64,000 nucleotides of DNA from Takakia lepidozioides (taxonomy: Eukaryota; Plantae; Bryophyta), in the NCBI GenBank assembly GCA_030704615.1, contig CM060734.1, positions 18,600,001 to 18,664,000 on the forward strand. Direction: 5' to 3'. Of this stretch, positions 61,201-64,000 are shown one piece after another; the first letter of the stretch is position 1, and every line of letters begins with the position of its first letter. The notes under the pieces are model-generated. The model saw only the letters and a list, made by a program, of their open reading frames with translations. It ran no database searches and had not been told where the DNA came from. The position numbers and the translations under genes were made by a program.

Positions 61201-64000
61201 TATCGGACTGTTTGTTCCTCAAGTTCCTAATAAACATATTGTGCTAGCATCCAAAGTCTAGGCTGGTCTGTTTGGCACAACTTTACTTATTGTTAACCCA
61301 TCTTGAAATTGTTGTAGGAAGAAGACTTGAAGTTGCCTCCAGTTGTTGCATTTGATGCAGGTAACTGAATTACCTTCTCATCTTGATCCCTGTGAAACTG
61401 ATCTAGTTCTATGTATATCTAGGGGCCAAATGGTTGCACATCAACGTCCTTGCAAGGCGCCTATGGTTGACTGTTGTTATGTCATTTGTCCGCAGCTGAG
61501 ATTCGGGAACGCGATTGGTGTAATGTGGTGACATGCCACCTGGATGAAAATGTGGCATACTCATGGCGGGTCCAGAACTTTGTGATTGGCGAGCATATTC
61601 TTAAGCCCTTTCCTGATGACCCAACACCTGTGAAGGTTTGTCTTCCTATGCACTCAGTTGCGGAACGGTGTTCCTGTCACTGTTCCTGTTTCAGGAGATA
61701 TTTAAGCATTGCCTGCTCCCTCCGACTGTTGGTTGAAACTTACCATGAAGGGCCTGAATTGACAAAGAGACCCACCAAAACAGACCGACCAATCCAACGC
61801 CCTGTAACAGAAGAGAGAGGGACAGAGAAATGCAGTGCTCAGTTTATACTTGTTCCTTGTTAGCTGAAGACCTTCTCCTGCTAAAAAGAAAGGCCTGATA
61901 CATAGGGGCACTATATAGATAAGCACATGAATGGGAACTTGACTCTGCCTGGTGTGCGCGGGGACAGAGTTGTGCCATCAGTGCATGTGGCAACTTTGCG
62001 GTTCTTGGTTCGGAGGGGGGCTGCATTGAACGATTCAATTTGCAGTCAGGAGTAAGTCGGGGCTCCTATGTCGAAACAGTAGTCGGAGAATCCCGTGCTC
62101 ATAATGGGGCGGTTCTTGGCTTAGCGTGCGATGCCACCAACTCCTTGCTTATAAGTGGTGGCTATGATGCAACTATTAAGGTCTCCTGTTCTCTACACTG
62201 TTCTCATTCGATGTGGAGTGGGAAGAAAAAAGACTGCTTTGTATTAGAAGAGGAGACATACCCAACCCTAAGCTGATTTTTGGCCATAGACCTTAGGCCA
62301 GACTCGAATGTAGCTAAAGGGCTAAGGGTGGGAGGAAAAGAACAGAGGATGCCGCCGCTTCCATTGCTGAAGGCCTGATTGATAAGTGGGACCTACCTTA
62401 GTAGGCAAGTCCAGTCAGGAGTGTGTGTGTGAGTGGAGAGAGACACACACACAGAGCATTAGTTGACAAATTGACACGCAGTTTACAGAGTCTATGGAAT
62501 ATGCATTGATGGTCCACAGGTGTGGGATTTCAAAGGTCGTGAACTCAAATTCACATTGCATGTAGGCTCCCCGCTGGTGAAGATGGCATCACACCGTGGA
62601 AATGGTATGTTGTCTCCTCCCCTTTATCTAAGCTTCCTTGTCTGTCTGTCCCTCTATCACTGGTGCATTGTTTGATAGAGCTTTGCAGATTTAGATCCTT
62701 CAAAACTTGTATCTCCTTGCTGCAACAAACAAGGATGAAACTGCAGCTCCATGCCGATTTGCTGCTAATTGCTTGTCTCAACTACATTCAGCACTCTCCT
62801 TGTGCTGTTTCATACTGATTCCGCACTCTCCTTGTGCAGGTCTGATAGCGGTTGCCTCAGACGACAATGTCCTGCGATTGTACGATGTAGTGGCGGGGAG
62901 ACTGGTGCGTGTGTTCCAGGGCCATACTGACCGTGTGACAGACATGTGCTTCAGTGAAGATGGCAAGTGGCTTCTCTCTGCAGCTATGGATGCCACTGTC
63001 CGTGTATGGGACGTGGTAGCTTCCAAGCAGATTGATGCTATGCATGTGGGCTCTGCAGTAACAGCACTGTCACTCTCTCCCCGTATGGACTTGCTGGCCA
63101 CCTCTCATGTAAACCGCAATGGCATCTATTTGTGGTGGGTTCTATTTCAGCACTCCTGTTGGTGTTTGAGAGTGAGAGAAGAGAGAAGACATTTATCATT
63201 CCTCAGTGTTTGAGAGTAAGAAGCTATGTATTACATCCCGTCAGAAGCCCACAGGACCCATGGGGCACCCTGGAACAGCACAGCAGAACCATTGAAATCA
63301 AAGAACATCAAAATTGCTCGAAAATTGAGTGCCTCTTGTAAGTAGCACATGAGAACTTTGGGTCCTCATAACTGCAGCTGCAGCTGCTGCTAGGGGCAAC
63401 GATTCTAAGAAAACCCTGAAGGGTGTTTGTAACCTGTCACATGTTTGGTTTGCTGACTCAAGTGTACCCGTTGGCTATTTCCAGGGCAAATAGGTTGATG
63501 TACTCAGGTGTGGCCAATGTAGCAATACAGGGAAGTGGGAAGGCTGTGAGAGAAGTGTCGTTACCGACTTTGTCATCTTCCAAGGAGTGTGGTCTGGAAG
63601 AAGATGAAGAAATGCTAGAGGCAGCTGCCACAGAGGAGCCCACTACATCTACTGGCAACCATGTCAAAGAGATAGGAGGAGGGAGTGGGCAGATTATGCC
63701 CAATCTCATTACACTCGCAATGATTCTGAAGACCCAGTGGCAAGGCCTTGTCAACCTGGACATTATCAAGGTAACCCCATTCTGCCTCTGACTACCACTT
63801 TTTCCTTATTAACAGCTTTTAACACCATTATCATCATGCAAATCAAGTATGCATGTCAATGTTATGCTTGCTTGCGAGCTACCACAGTAGAGCCAATGTT
63901 AAATATGGCACAACGTTGACAGCTTGTATAAGGTCTGATTGTTTGTAACTTTACATTGGATGGGCAGCTACGAAATAAGCCCATAGCGCCACCAAAGAAG
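55223..64000 (+). CDS. UTP21: U3 snoRNA-associated protein 21 / WDR36 (WD40, SSU processome), 3'-incomplete; exons 55223-55348, 55465-55492, 55743-55843, 56313-56522, 56737-56980, 59466-59641, 59938-60020, 60373-60445, 60853-60918, 61318-61360, 61496-61635, 61968-62180, 62520-62604, 62840-63134, 63485-63770, 63968->64000
   Basis: MGIFEPFRAVGYIT, IMHPDTYLNK, LLRFRSGHSAPP, QSRELSQG, WQGLVNLDIIK|LRNKPIAPPKK, multiple WD repeats, and phase-consistent GT-AG introns. Confidence 0.95.
57390..57480 (+). mobile_element. Short diverged 3' stub of the RTE-X-like LINE
   Basis: GGGGTCTATGGTCACAAGACTACAGCAAATATCTTATGTGTACTCTC, lying next to a CT-rich tract. Confidence 0.7.
57585..59070 (+). mobile_element. 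Decayed 5'-truncated LINE of a second RTE/RTE-X-like family in UTP21 intron 5
   Basis: SNIGV..GCPLSPTLF, LLYADDVAL, YRYLGL, FRVGSHNLRIE and C..C...ETEEHFFFYC across frameshifts; TTTCA-like tail at ~59056-59070. Confidence 0.85.
59082..59358 (+). mobile_element. LINE copy E (277-bp 3' fragment) with 11-bp TSD
   Basis: TSD TTCTCTGTTTC at 59071-59081 and 59359-59369; inserted at the tail of the preceding LINE. Confidence 0.9.

Overview
Gene-rich nuclear DNA of a land plant (intron structure and TE families suggest an early-diverging lineage; the species cannot be determined from sequence alone). Host genes in order: last exon of a probable LRR protein kinase (+), Tic22 (-, 8 exons, 9.1-kb first intron packed with head-to-tail LINE copies), a ~1,730-aa repeat-rich protein with SILK and RVxF motifs (+), OHP2 (-), cytosolic HSP70 (-) and UTP21/WDR36 (+, runs off the window). 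The most striking structure is a 12-kb hAT-type element (42522-54520, 8-bp TSD GTCTATAC) between the divergent HSP70 and UTP21 genes. It is almost entirely one inverted repeat (5.5-kb and 5.1-kb arms, 1.18-kb loop) carrying a decayed hAT transposase plus intron-containing fragments of host genes PIR/SRA1, SDH1, a TM9SF gene and at least one unidentified gene. This makes it a Pack-hAT folded into a candidate siRNA-producing 'killer'-type hairpin. A second hAT MITE reuses the same target site. Other TEs: an L1 fragment, an RTE-X-like LINE family with a TCTCTG target preference, a long-TIR foldback element upstream of OHP2 and a decayed MULE. All coordinates, alignments and protein identifications were made by eye and from recalled family motifs; no database search was run.
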